A stretch of DNA of 64,000 nt from positions 24,394,035 through 24,458,034 of the forward strand of contig NC_057718.1 of assembly GCF_004010195.1 (NCBI RefSeq). Direction: 5' to 3'. Every line of letters begins with the position of its first letter. Position 1 is the first letter of the stretch. Below, in pieces: positions 13,221 to 26,171 of the stretch. A program made the translations under genes and the position numbers. The notes under the pieces are model-generated. The model did not search any database, was not told the DNA's origin, and was given only the letters and a program-made list of their open reading frames with translations. This DNA comes from Chiloscyllium plagiosum. Lineage: Eukaryota.

Positions 13221-13939
13221 TGGTGACATTGTAAACTTTCACTGTACTCCTGTACTTCTGAACTTGTGTGCACTTGACAATAAAACCTAATTCAAACTCT
13301 TTCTAGGTGTAATCAATAATTCCATCCTTTTACCGATGCAGTTTGATGAAGAATGTCAGGGAGTGCTGGGGATTGTTGGGTGGGATATTCTTTTATAGTA
13401 TTTAACATTGTGTCCCGTGGCCTTTTTTTTAATTCAGATGAAAGAGCTTGTCTGGCTCTGAAAAACATTCTGTTTAACAGCTTGTGGCAGATTGGCATTT
13501 AATGTGTACAGATGTTCTCCACTGGCATTACCACGGAGTTCACTTGTGCACGCCATATCCACAGGGAACAAGGCAGTAATCAGGCTGTTGCCAGAAGAGA
13601 CTTTTGTTTTCTCTTGTACTGTACTTGGGTTGAATGATTAAGTTTTTCAACTTAAAAGTGAAAAACATGTTGAGAAAGTGCAAAAGGCAATGATGTTTAA
13701 TGGCATGCATCATAGAAAGCTGGGCAAAGTCAGGACGAATATATCAGAAACTAAAATTGAAGAAGAGGACTGAAAGGTTGCTTTCCTAGAGAGTAGAAAG
13801 TTAACTACAATCAGCTGACATGGGTGTAAATGAAAAACCAGTTGCATTTCACAAATTAGATTTCTTTTTTTCGTCACATCTGGCTAAAATGAAAGCATGG
13901 CAAGTTCACATGGCATTTTAACTTGCATTTGCCTTTTTT

Positions 13940-14670
13940 GATCAGTCATCAGATGTGGGCTTTGCTGACTGAGCCAGTATTTATTGTACTGCCCTAGTTG
14001 CCCTTGAGGAGGTAGTAGTGAGATGCGTTCTTGAGCAACTGCATTCCATTTGCTGTAGGTACAACCATAATGATATTAGGGAGGAAGTTCCAGGAGTTTG
14101 ATCCAGCAACACTGGAGGAATGGTGGCACGTTTCCAAGTCAGGTTTGAAAGTGACTTGCAGGCAAACTTGCAGATGGTGGTGTGACATGCTGATCTTATT
14201 ATTCTAGATGATAGTCTTGTGGCTTTGGAAGGCACTGTCTACTGAGCCTTAGGAAATTTCTGTAATGTATCTTGTAGATGGTGCACACTGCTCCTACTGA
14301 GTGTCGATGGTGGAGGGAGTGAATGTTTGTAGATGTGGTGCCAATCGTAGAATCCCTACAGTGGAAACAGGCCATTCAACCCAACAAATTCACCCCACCC
14401 TATAACCCTTATTTCCCTGTAACCCTTATTTCCAATGGGCTGCTTTGTCCTGAATACACTCAAAGTATTTAACTGTTTCGGAACTGTACTCAAGGCAAGT
14501 GGGAATTATTCCATCACACTTTTGACTTGTGCCTCGTAGGTAGTGAATAGGTTCTGGAGAGTCAAGAAGTGAGTTACTCACAGCAGGATCTTAGTCTCTG
14601 AGCTGGTGTTGAAACCACAGAACCTATATGGCTCGTCCATTTCAGTTTCTAGTCAGTAGTAACCCCAGAT
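13940..14670 (-). mobile_element. CR1-Zenon-like LINE 3' fragment with an HE1 tail inserted at ~14347-14435
   Basis: The reverse complement resembles 45640-46270. Confidence 0.8.
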
Positions 14671-15299
14671 AGCGGTAAGAGGCTTGTTGATAAGGAATAA
14701 CATGATTTAAGAAAATGTAATGGCATACCCGAATTCATGTTCAGGACAATAAAAATTATAATAGTTAAATGATGTTTTGCAACAGTGAGGTATTAAAGGG
14801 TGAATGTCAATATTGAGACCAATGAGTTTTATTCTTGAAATGATTTAATGCCCTGTACAGTTGTTTTACCTCTTGCGAGGGGACCTGTTAACAAATTTGA
14901 TACCTTTTAAAATATAAGAATGGAATTTGAACTTGTGATTTCTGAATTAGTCATCTGGTACAGTGTCTACTTGGCAAGAAGACATGAATTAGTAACCGAT
15001 TGTAAATATACTGTATGTCATCACCTTTTGGGAGGGCAATGGTGGTTCTTCCAACACATTTTCTTTGCCTGGATCTCTCTTTGGCACTCCTTCCTTTTTA
15101 CCCCCTACCTTTTCTCCTCCTTTCATATCAATGAATCCTTTCTCACGTTATCTATTCCTCGTTTTGCTCATTTCTTTTTCTTTCCTCCTTGAACTATATT
15201 TTTACCTTTTTAAGCCAGATGGCTACCATAGTGTCAATTGTAGAATTGTTTGAATCGTTATGTATTAATCTATTCTTCCATCTTCAACAGGTCAGTCAA

Positions 15300-16690
15300 A
15301 ACCTGATTACTTGTTCAGTCGCAATTTCTTTGTATCTCAAACAGAAGAAATAGGTTTGATTTTTTGTCTTCAGGAAGTTTGATTTTGGCCATTCTTTTGA
15401 TGACAGTCTTGACTCCACCATTTCCTCTGTCCTCAAACATAACTGTCAGCTGAGTTTCTCTTTGAGTATTCTCATCGCATTCCTCATGATCTCGGAGTTC
15501 TTTTAACATCCTATCTTCCCTTTACTACTTCATATAGAACTGCAGCCAGTCTTTGTGCTCCACACTCCCCGCTCCCTACAATGTTGCCATCTGACATGAT
15601 GTTTTCTAGTCCAGTTATGTCAATTGTGCAATCTCTGACAACCATCTCTGATTTCTTTTTTGTATTTCTCACTACTCTCTTCCTTGCAGGTCTGCCTTGG
15701 GAAGAAAAAGACTCTACAAGCACTTGCAATTCAGATTCCTACTGGTCTGTTTTTGCACAATGCATTCACGACGTTTCTTCTTAACAAATCGAGTTCATCC
15801 TTCACTCTTGTGCTAGCTGTTCCCAGTCTGTCACAGCCTCAGTTTTAAATTTCTTACTCTTATTAAAATCTTCCATTGTTTCTCCTCAGTCTATCTCTGC
15901 AGGCCTCCTCCAGCTCTATATCCCTCTGAATGCTGCTTTAATTCTCAACCATCCTCCATTTTCATTGCTAACAACGGCACAGCCCATGCACTAAAGAATG
16001 AAACTTCCTCCCTACACCTTTCTGTACCTCGAACTTTCTCTCTTCCTCGAGCAGGCTTCCTAAAATCTACTTCTTGAAATGCGCATTCAATGCAAGGTGA
16101 ACAAGATGCTTAGTTTTGTTTTCATGCGAAATGTGACCTCGCATTCAAGAGTTGAATTCTTGTTCCATATTTAGGAAGGTTAATTTTGCATTTCTTGCAC
16201 ACCAGCTCAGTGCAGGAAAGATAGACTGCCTGCTTTGGTTTCTCAACGTTTTCCTCTCTGGACCGTATCTAATCATTATTTCATCAGTACTACTCTGATT
16301 AGTGCTCATCTGAATTTTCCTCTGTTCCTTGTAAGCTCCTTGTCTGCCATTCTATATTTCAGTTGTACAGCCTTTTACTCGAATACATTCTTTTGTCACA
16401 TATTTAAAGGAACCAGAAGCTTAAGCACTTTTTGTCAGGATGACTACTAAAGCTACTGGAATGTCATCCCGACCCTTGTTATGGCTAGGCATCATCTTCT
16501 TGGAGAGGATGCCATTCCACTGGCCTAAGCTGCAGCTTTTGAGGCACAGCTTGGAAATCAGTACCTGTTCATTCCACCTGGGGTTCCATGTCTTAATGAC
16601 AGGATAATGACATTCAGATACTGTGCCTTTGGTGCCACCCTCCATCCCTGGCAGCCATGTTCATTACCACGATGGTGCTGAGTAAATTTT
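15300..16690 (-). mobile_element. Very decayed CR1-type ORF1/endonuclease remnants, interrupted by an L2-like tail
   Basis: Weak similarity only: esterase-like GQWNGILSKK at ~16500 and APE-like IDITGLE at ~15610. Confidence 0.3.
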
Positions 16691-19281
16691 CCATGTTTCA
16701 TATACACCAGATTGTATGCTTTTTTTTAGTATTTTCTTCTACAATTTATCAGTCCTGTGGACAGGAAGAATACATCGCAGGTTAATTAGTGATCCTATTT
16801 CTCCTTCCACCCCCTCAAAATTACCAATCATGCTATTTTGTTTGCCGCAGTTATGTCCTTTATATAATAGATTATCCTTCATTGTCATATATTCCAGTAC
16901 AGTCAAAAGATTTTACAATGGCTGCCTCTAATGTTGCCATCTTAGGTACAAGTACCTAGGTACAAATCTTGGATAAAAAGAGGAATAAAAGGAAAATTAC
17001 TAGCGTTACTTAGTGTTTAAATAAATTAGAAGTAAGGTAGTTATAACATAGTTAAAGGATTAATATTATAGTCCGGTAAAGCATTTCAGATTGAATTTAC
17101 ATTGCAGGAGATCTGTGAGCATGTGGTGTGACTGCCTGCACCAGACTCCAGTCCAAAAACAGTCCTGCTCTGCTCCAAGCCTGCAATCCTCCCAGCACCA
17201 GCACTTAGGTGCACCAACTTGCAGTGCTCTGAGACTCACTTTTCCTCTCATAGATCTCCAGGACACACTTTCCCTTGCACAGCTCCGGGACTGCTAAAAA
17301 GAGAGAAAAGGAAAAACACAGGTGAAGCAAAAGAGTTCCAGATGGAGCGAATACTTGGCCTTTGTCCAAATCTTTCTCACGCTGGTGAAAAAGAGGATCT
17401 GAGTGATAAGTACTAAGGATCTAATAATAAAGAAATAAGCTCCTGATGCTATTCTGTCCCCATTCCCCGGACCAATGAAAGATGGAGTCATTTTGGAGCA
17501 GATTTGTGCGAGTTGGAAATGTAATTGTCTCAGAATATGCTCAAAGTTTTGCAAGAGAGCATTTTCTCAAATTTTCAGTGTCACTCACCACATACCCCGA
17601 AGTTATAATTCTGATTAAACATTAATGAGCAGAGATTGTTCATTATGCTACAACTCTAATTGTTCAGACACAATGCTTATAATGCATGCTATTAAAGTAT
17701 CGACTGAGGAAATAAGCTGATGGGGTTTATAGGAACTTAGACAGTTTCCTGAAAGCAGTTGGCACTTGAAGGCTCATTTTGTACTTGAAAATCAACAGGA
17801 AGTTATGTCAAATGTTCAATTATGTTATTGTAAATTTACTGTCACAATAATTGTGAAATGACATCATGCTGGAGAAGTTCAGCGGGTCTGGCAGCAACTG
17901 GAGAGACAGAGAGAAACAGAATTGATGTCTTGGCTCCAGTATGACTGAGCTTTAGAACTGAAAGGGGCTGGGAAGTGGTGTTTTCTATGCTGTTGACATA
18001 CAAGGAGTAACTGCAACAGATTATAAAGGTGTCCAGAGCAAAGGAAAAGTGATTTAGTTTCTCCATAATTCCTTTATTAAAAAAACAAATGGGTGTAAAT
18101 GATAAATGTGAAGAAACAACTGCGCCCATTCTCATGAAAGTATGGTGAACAAGACACGGATGGTTGTTTAATTAAAATGGAGGATAGAGGTCGGGCTGTG
18201 AAGTTGTGGAGCTCAGTATTAAGCTTTAGAACTGTAAAGTGCTTGAGCAGAAATTGAGGAGTTGATTCTCCAGCTTGCGACAAGCTTTGTTGGATCGCTG
18301 TAGCAGGGCCAGCCTGGGAATGTTAGCATGGGAGCTAGACGGTTTAGTGAAATGGCAAACAAGTGGACAGAGTTGGAGGTGTTCAGCAAAGTAGTCACCC
18401 ACTCTGCATTTGGTCTTGTCACCATCAAATTGAATGCATTGTGAGCAGTGCATACAATGAATTAGGTTGAAAGAATTACTCAAGTGAGCTGTTGCTTCAC
18501 CTTGAAGGTATGGTGTGGGCCTTGGACAGAGAGGAGGGAGGAGACAATGGGCAAGTGTTAAACCTTATGCAGTTGCATGAGTATATGCCATGGGGTGTGA
18601 AATGTGTTAGGAGTGAAGGAGGAGTGGAATAAGTTTTGTGAAGGGACCGGCTCATATGGAGTGCTGACATTTAAGGGGGAGGTGAGATACATTTGGTCGT
18701 GGCATTGTGCTAGAGGTGGCTGAAATAATGGAAGATAATCCTTTGAGTATGAAAACTAGTGGGTTAGAAAATGAGGAATGCACCCTTTTGTTCTGGAAGG
18801 AAAAGGAAGTGCCAGAAATGGGTCAAACATGATTGAGGGCCCTATGATTCTCAGTTGGAGAAAAAGGAGGACATTATCAGAGACACTTTGGCAGAAGATG
18901 GCATCATCAGAATAGGTGTGATCGAAATGGAGAAATTGGGAAGATTGGGATGGAGTCCTTGCAGGAAGTAGAGTGTGAGGAAGTGTCATCGAGAGGAGGA
19001 GCAGCTGTGGGAATTGATGGGTTTGTAGTGTCTATTAACAGACAGCCTGTGCCCAGAATTGGGAACCGTGAAGGCAAGTAAGGAAAGAGCCTGTAGCTAG
19101 TCCCAATGAATGTGAGAGAAGGCTGGAAATTGAAAGCAAAACTGATGATTTTTTTTTTTTAACCCTAATTCCAGATTAAAGCGTCAATGACATCATTGAT
19201 GTATCAGAGAAGGATTGATGCTGGGAAATGTCCCACCTACCCCACATTGAGACAGACTTAGCTGGGGCCCATGCAGATAAA

Positions 19282-19510
19282 AGAAAGAAAGTGAGGATTG
19301 CAGATGCTGGAGATCAGAGCTGAAAAATGTGTTGCTGGAAAAGCGCAGCAGGTCAGGCAGCATTCAAGGAGCAGGAGAATCGACGTTTCAGGCATAAGCC
19401 CTTCATCAGGAATATTCATTCCTGAAGAAGGACTTTTGCCTGAAACATCGATTCTCCTGCTCCTTGGATGCTGCCTGACCTGCTGTGCTTTTCCAGCAAC
19501 ACATTTTTCA
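19282..19510. mobile_element. Palindromic Penelope-terminus insertion with two hammerhead cores
   Basis: Inverted arms of ~95 bp around 19411-19420. 15-bp TSD gcccatgcagataaa at 19267-19281 and 19511-19525. Confidence 0.9.
19378..19413 (-). ncRNA. Minimal hammerhead ribozyme motif
   Basis: CUGAUGA-A-GGGC(UUAU)GCCU-GAAA-CGUC. Helix I is weak and activity is untested. Confidence 0.6.
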
Positions 19511-20074
19511 GCCCATGCAGATAAACACAGCCACACCTTTAGCTTGGAGAAACTGGGATGAGTTAAAGGAGAAATTGATCAAGTGGTCCACCAGACTACA
19601 ACTGCACCACCCTCATCGACAGGTTTGATGATATAGTCAAGATTAAGCCTGCGAGAGAAGAATTGTGAAGCACGCTGGAACATCTTTGCATCTGGGTCTG
19701 AAAGGGTTAATGCAAAATGAGACCGTAAGCACCACTCACTGTGATGTCACATGCACTTTGTGTGGGAAACAGCTGAGGATCTTGAGGGAGAGAGAGCCTA
19801 TCATTTCCTCCTCTAACTCTAACATACAAATGTAATCTCTATCTAGTTGCTAACATGCCTTCAACTTTTACTTGTTCAATACAAGAGCTTATAGTTTGAC
19901 CAGTGATTTTTTTTTCTAGCCCATAAGCCCAAGCATGCTCTGTATACTGAAGAGAGCAATGACAGTAAAGCTATCACATGAGGGGGTGCAGTTCTTGGTT
20001 TAGTTGCACATCGAACAATTGAATTCTGCACTAAGTAACTCATTTCAGGACTCCCCAAAGTCTGTCCAGCATTT

Positions 20075-20515
20075 ACAAGGCACAGGTATGTTTTGGCAGA
20101 CTCCCTGCCTCCCTTGATGGTGCAGTTCCAACAGCTGTCAAGAAGCTTGTCACCATCCAGTAAAAATCAGCCTGCTCGATTGATACCCTATTCACCATCT
20201 TCCACATTCATTCACACCATGATTACAGCACTCTGGCAACAGTGTGTACCATCTATAAGATTCAATCACCAAAGATCTTCTGAGAGCAGCTTCCAAACCC
20301 AGGACCTCAACCATCTCAAACAACGAGGGCCAGAGATACGTGGAACACAGAGATACGTGGTTTGCTGCAAACAACACTCCTTTCTGACTTGGAACTATGT
20401 TCTCCATTGCCATTTGTTCCTTGAGTCAAAATCCTGGAACCCCCTTCCTAACAGCAGTGAACATCTCCTTACATCCGAAGGATGACAAAATGTCAAGAAA
20501 GTGACTTGCCATCAA
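20075..20515 (+). mobile_element. CR1-Zenon-like LINE 3' fragment
   Basis: Similar to 45750-46200 (YKAQV motif and tail). Confidence 0.7.
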
Positions 20516-20611
20516 CATTCCCTCTACGCTGGTCAACCACTGGGAAGCTCTGCACATGCCAATCACTGCTTCTGGAAGTTGTTGCTGGACAGAAATCGAG
20601 GACGTTCGGGC

Positions 20612-21210
20612 AGTGGGAATTGAGTATAGGAGTTGGGAGGTCATGTTGTGTGTACAGGACATTGGTTAGGCCACTTTTGGAATACTGCATTCCATTCTGG
20701 TCTCATTGCTATAGGAAGGATGTTATGAAACTTGAAAGAGTTCAGAAAAGATCTACAAGGGTGTTGCTGGGTTGGAGGATTTGAGCTGCAGGGAGAGGCT
20801 GATTAGGCTGGGGCTATTTTCTCTGAACATTGGAGGCTGAGGGGTGGCCTTATAGAAGTTTATAAAATCATGAGTGGCATGGATAGGCTGAATAGTCAAG
20901 GCCTTTTCCCCCAGTGTAGGGGAGTCCTGAATAGAGGGTGTAGGTATAAGTGAGAGAGAAAAGATTTAAAAGGAACCTAAAAGGGCAACTTTTTCATGCA
21001 GAGGGTGGTGTATGTATGGAATGAACCATCAGAGGCAGTGATGGAGGCTAGTACATTTAAAAGGCATCCAGGTGGGTGTAATAAAAGGAAGGATTTGGAG
21101 GGATATGAGCCAAATGCTGGCAAATGGGACTAGATTAATTTAGGATAACTGGTCAGCATGGATGAGTTAGATCAAAGGATCTGTTTCATGCTGTACATCT
21201 CTATGACACT
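20612..21210 (+). mobile_element. CR1/HER1 LINE 3' fragment
   Basis: YRTLVRPLLEYCIPFWSHCYRKDVMKLERVQKRSTR, then the CR1 3' UTR. Confidence 0.9.
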
Positions 21211-22981
21211 CTATCTGATTTGTATTTTAAGCTTGAAGCACTATTACTGACTTTATCCAAAATTCACATTGTCCACATTTATTGTTGCAAGTGTTGCAAC
21301 CAGACACTGGGCAAAATTTCTCTCCTTATTGTAGTTCCAGATAGATACCCTAATTATTAAGCCCACGCGTCTGGAAGGATGAAAGCGCTCCCTCTCCTTT
21401 TCACCCTTCCCCTTTCAACAAGATTGTTTTCTTTAATAATAGATCCCTCCCTTGATGCCTTTCTCCCAAAGGCATGTATGTTTTAAAAGGAGATGATTTA
21501 CCCATGTTTTCTTGAGTTAACAAGAGTAATTTTATTGTCACTGGGTGGTTCGTGAAGAGTAGATTATCATTCGTTGTTGGTTGAACAGTCAGTTTCAGGA
21601 TTCTTGGTCTTTATAGTTTAGGTCAACTCCATATCTCGTTTATCCTTTGGTGATTGACTGGCAAAACTCACAGCAAGAGAATTTTTTTTGTCCTGTTTTC
21701 TCCTTGCTGCCTGGTTAGCTTCTAACACTCTAAGCAAGAGACTCCTTTGACCTGCAAAGCATGGGTTACTTTCTCAACACACTGATGCTCAAACATTAGC
21801 TCGTGCTTATGATACCATCTGCTCCTCAACTGCCTTCATTAGTAGTGGGGAAAAAGGTGAAGCTGGAAGAACAATCTAATGGTTGTCTAATATCATTGCT
21901 ACAGACTAAGGGCAGTAGTAAAAGTGACAACGATTTGAAATGAGCACCAGATCTTTCCTTAGAGTTTCTAATCTTCAATACATTCCCCAACCCATCTACT
22001 GCGGCAAAAAAATGTGAAAAAGCAGCCTAACTTTGCAGAAAATTAATTTGAAGTGTGTTCCTAAAGTCTGAAGTTAGATAGCTTAAATCTCCAACCAAAT
22101 GATCCAACATTTACATGAAAGAAACATCTTTACTGTTTTAGCCTGAAGATACAATTTGTAAAATGTGTACATTTTTGATAAACTTTTTAAAGCCACCCTG
22201 AAACATTCCTTTTGCATTAACTTCAACTCTGAGGGAAGAGTTCAATGCTGCTAAAAATCCATCACAGTTGAAGCTTTTTTTTAGTTTAGTCCAAGAACAC
22301 AGTGAATTGATTTGTTTCTGCAAATGTTGCCAAATGTTTGACATTTAACATTACAAATGGAGAAAGTCAGTTTTGTACGTGACGTGTACCCGAATACTTC
22401 AAAGCACTCCACGTGCCAATCAATATCTTTCCACAATGGTATGTACAGTAAATCAGTCAACAATGATGTTTATAGTGCAAATTGTATTGAAAACCAAGCA
22501 GTTACCTTAGCTCTATTAGGCAAATGCAACTCTCTTTCTGAGTAATATAATATTCTACTTATTGTTAATTACTTGTAAGCAACTTCATGGTGAACAAGCT
22601 AATTAAACTTTTGAGTTTCAAAATTTTATGTAGCTCTTAAATTGTTCCCAATATTCTCTGCCATCACTTTTAAGCCTTCATTTTATACAGAACTGCCCAT
22701 TTTCCTACTACTTGGTCCTTATTTGAGCTAAGTTTTATTGGCCCCATCTGCTGTCACATATAGAGATGATAGTGTTAGTGCTTTGGAAACAATCATTTTT
22801 TCCATGGACAGCCACTTTTGTTCAAAGTTGCTGTGTGCATTTTATTATCCAGATTTCTGATCTGCATTTTTAGGTCAGCGTTGCCATGATCACATTGTGT
22901 TTGCCTACTTGTTTATTATAGCCATTTCACAATGGACTGCACATCTGCAGAATAACTGCTTTTGGTTTGTTTTCTTTGTAG

Positions 22982-23063
22982 GATCAAAGAAGCAGAAGCA
23001 CATGTACATAGTCAAAAGAAAGAAAGGTCTTACTCTGTCAAGGAAAAAGTCAAAACTGGGATG
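22982..23063 (+). CDS. FMN2: Formin-2-like penultimate coding exon (82 bp): (R)IKEAEAHVHSQKKERSYSVKEKVKTGM
   Basis: Polypyrimidine tract ttttggtttgttttctttgtag|G and donor ATG|gtgagt. One nt plus 27 codons are open and align without gaps to the recalled human FMN2 tail [28 protein letters not shown]. Lies convergent to a gremlin gene. Confidence 0.88.
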
Positions 23064-23280
23064 GTGAGTTGATGTCTTGCAAAATGATGAACTCCAAGCC
23101 TTCTGGGATGATTAGGTTTACCATCTACTTGACTCATGCGACAACTTTTCTTTTCTCTGAATTATTAACTCTGGCCTCAGAAAGAAGAACTTTATGTTGG
23201 CCATGACTGTGTTGAAAGAACTCATGGGAAACTATTTTAGAAGCTGAAAGAAAATGCTGCATTTTCGTGCAGGGTTGAAC

Positions 23281-23935
23281 ATGGCTCAGTTGGTAGTACC
23301 GTTCCCTTTTCAGTCATGGGTTGTTGAGTCAGGTCACAATCTGAAGACATGACCACATATTATTTCACAGGATGTGGGCATCACTTGCTAAGCTGACATT
23401 TATTGTCCAGAGGGCAGTTAGGAGTCAACGACATGGCTGTGAGTCTGGAGACACATGTCAGCCAGGCCAGGTGAGGACAACAGTTGACTTCCCTAAAGGG
23501 CAATAGTGAACCAGAAATTTAGTTTTTTGCATCCATCAACACTGGTCATCATTAGACCCTTAATGCCAAATTTTTGTTGAATTTAAATTCCACCATCTTC
23601 CATGCCGCAATTTGAACCCATGTCCCCAGAGCGTTCCGGGATTTTTGGATTAATAGTCTCGCGATATACCAGTGGGCCATTGCCACTGAAGGAGAGCTAC
23701 ACTCTGTGTTATTTTCGGCTGATTGTTAAAGTGAGGCCTTTCTGCTCTTTTTGGCAGATGTAATGTTATTACAAAGAAGAACACGAGCATTCTGCTTGAT
23801 GATCTGGCCAATATTTAACCTTCATTCAGAATTACTAAGAAACAAGCTATCTGGAAGACTCTATTGCCAACACTTCATGGTTGTAAAGTGCTTTGGGTTG
23901 CACTGATCTTGTGAAAGCTACAACAGAAATGCATT
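23281..23935 (+). mobile_element. Deu-domain (SacSINE1-like) SINE interrupted by a minus-strand Zenon-derived element (~23365-23685)
   Basis: tRNA head tggctcagttggtag, Deu-like core and tail ttgtaaagtgctttggg...gtgaaag. The insert matches the 8225-8555 family. Confidence 0.6.
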
Positions 23936-24344
23936 TTTGTGCTTTGGAAAATGGAAATTATCAATGTGGTTTTTTATTCCATTAGAATAATCATACTTTT
24001 TCAAAAAAAACCCACTGAAGCTCCAACATATTAATAATAGGAAGCTGTGTTTAGTTCACATGTTAATGAAAAGTTAAAGTGCAAATCACATCACCTTGCC
24101 AACTATAGTTAAGTCCTGTACAGCACAGCATACAGGTCCTGGAGTTATTTGAGATGCAGGTCAATGAAACCTTGGGGCCAAATGCATTAGCAGGTTCAAT
24201 TTAACAAAGTTTATGATCAACATATGGGAATGAAGAGGCCCAGAATGAAAAGTTGCCACCATCACAACAATGTGTTGAGAAGTATACTCAAAGTAGACAG
24301 CCTGAAATTGCTGTCATGTCAGGATTATAATGGCTTCCTGTGTT

Positions 24345-24875
24345 AAGACCATAAGAGCATAAGACATAGGAGCGGAAGTAAGGCCATTCGGCCCATCGAG
24401 TCCACTCCGCCATTCAATCATGGCTGATGGGCATTTCAACTCCACTTACCCGCATTCTCCCCGTAGCCCTTAATTCCTTGTGACATCAAGAATTTATCAA
24501 TTTCTGCCTTGAAGACATTTAGTGTCCCAGCCTCCACTGCACTCTGTGGCCCACCACTCTCTGGCTGAAGAAATGTCTCCACATTTCTGTTCTGAATTTA
24601 CCCCCTCTAATTCTAAGGCTGTGTCCACGGGTCCTAGTCTCCTCGCCTAACGGAAACAATTTCCTAGCATCCACCCTCTCCAAGCCATGTATTATCTTGT
24701 AAGTTTCTGTTAGATCTCCCCTTAATCTTCTAAACTCCAATGAATACAATCCCAGGATCCTCAGCCGTTCCTCATATGTTAGACCTACCATTCCAGGGAT
24801 CATCCGTGTGAATCTCCGCTGGACACGCTCCAGTGCCAGTATGTCCTTCCTGAGGTGTGGGGACCAAAACTAGAC
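24345..24875 (-). mobile_element. Young CR1/HER1 LINE 3' fragment
   Basis: ORF 24519-24803: MIPGMVGLTYEERLRILGLYSLEFRRLRGDL...TRTRGHSLRIRG...FFSQRVV. CpGs are retained. Confidence 0.92.
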
Positions 24876-24877
24876 AC

Positions 24878-25440
24878 ACTCGGAATGTGGGCATCACTAA
24901 GCAGTTATTGATGAGTGCTGCCTTGATAGCACTATTGGCGACATTTTCCATCACTTTACTGATGATCGACAGTATACTGACTGGGTGGAAATTGGCCAGT
25001 TAGGTTCGTCTTGCTTTTTATGTCCAGGGCATACTTGGGCAATTTTCCACATTGTCTTTTCCAGTGCCTTGGTCGATGCCAGGTGATCCAGCTGGATTCA
25101 TTTCATTGACGTTGTAGTGATTGGTACAACTGAGAAGATTGCTAGGCCATTTCAGAGGGTGATTGAGAGTAAACCGCATTGTTGTGGGTCTGGAGTCACA
25201 TGTAGGCTAGATGGGTGAGAATGAATGGATTTCCTTCTCTGAAGGATATGAGTGAGCCAGATGGGATGTCTGACAATCAATGTTGGTTTTGTGGTCATCA
25301 ATAGATTCTTAATTGCAGTTTTGCTTTATTGCATTCAAATTCCGTTATCTGCCATGGCAGGATTCAAACTTGGGTTCACAGAACATTACTTGGGTCTCTG
25401 GATTAATAGTCTAGTGATAGTACCAGTAGGCTGTCTCCTG
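24878..25440 (-). mobile_element. Internally deleted Zenon-like LINE: tRNA-like head, 5' UTR, RT fragment, tail
   Basis: Head at 25345-25440, RT piece LANFHPVSILSIISKVMENVANSAIK at ~24915-25000, tail gtgatgcccacattcc at ~24880-24897. Confidence 0.7.
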
Positions 25441-26171
25441 AGATAATTTGATATGGCCTTTGGCCGTCACTAAGTAAGGTGTTCATCCTGGTCAAGTGTC
25501 TGAAAATGCCAGTTGAAGTCTCAAATGGGAAATTAGATGTGGGGCTTAGGGCCTGCAATGAGTGTAGGATCACTACTTTATCCAATTGGAATAAGACATC
25601 TGCACTCGATTCAGGCAAATACCAGAACGTACATTGTCATCTTTGAAATCATTTTCCTCTCCCCTCAAAAATGGTGAGCATGTCCCAGCTCAGTTTCTTC
25701 AATTTTGTCAAAGTGCACTTGTCAATTCAGTCAGTGTCAATTCAGTCAGTGTCAAGACAGAAGCAAAAAGTTTTTTTCAAAGCAAGGTATTGATCCATAA
25801 TCTCTGAGCGGCTCATGCTATTTTAGTGATGATATCAGTGTTAAGGGAAACCTTGAATGATGAAGGGAATTGACTTATCAATGATGACACTTCAGACTTT
25901 CCTGCCAATTCTTCCCTGATCTATTGTTGCTTGTGAAAGAAGCAGTTGGAAGATGATTATTATTGTTCCAAACAACAGTGGAAGTCACTGGCACCATCTT
26001 GTACTTGAGCTAGATTTCACCCTTTAAAATAATGATGTCGAGGCATGTGGCAACATGATACTGACTTTATAGTGTGTTCACTGAATCAAACTTTCAATTG
26101 AACCTGAGAATACTCTTGTGCTTTTAAGGAATGTGTTTCCTTTCAATAATCTGCAATAAGAGTGGAAAATG

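Larger units (their letters stand above)
17860..19625 (-). mobile_element. Old Penelope-like element (RT C-terminus, GIY-YIG, 3' terminus)
   Basis: RT motif FLQAKGVA..MGPS at ~19255-19560, split by a younger insertion. EN remnant CMHCSQC...DGDKTKCRVGDYFAEHL in ORF 18226-18483. Terminal sequence at 17860-17965. Confidence 0.8.

Noticed and set aside
19258..19561. Near-identical ORFs on both strands (AEKCVAGKAQQVRQH...)
   Set aside because: Artefact of the DNA palindrome, not a protein gene.
25721..25755. 15-bp tandem duplication gtcaattcagtcagt
   Set aside because: Simple local slippage with no further structure.
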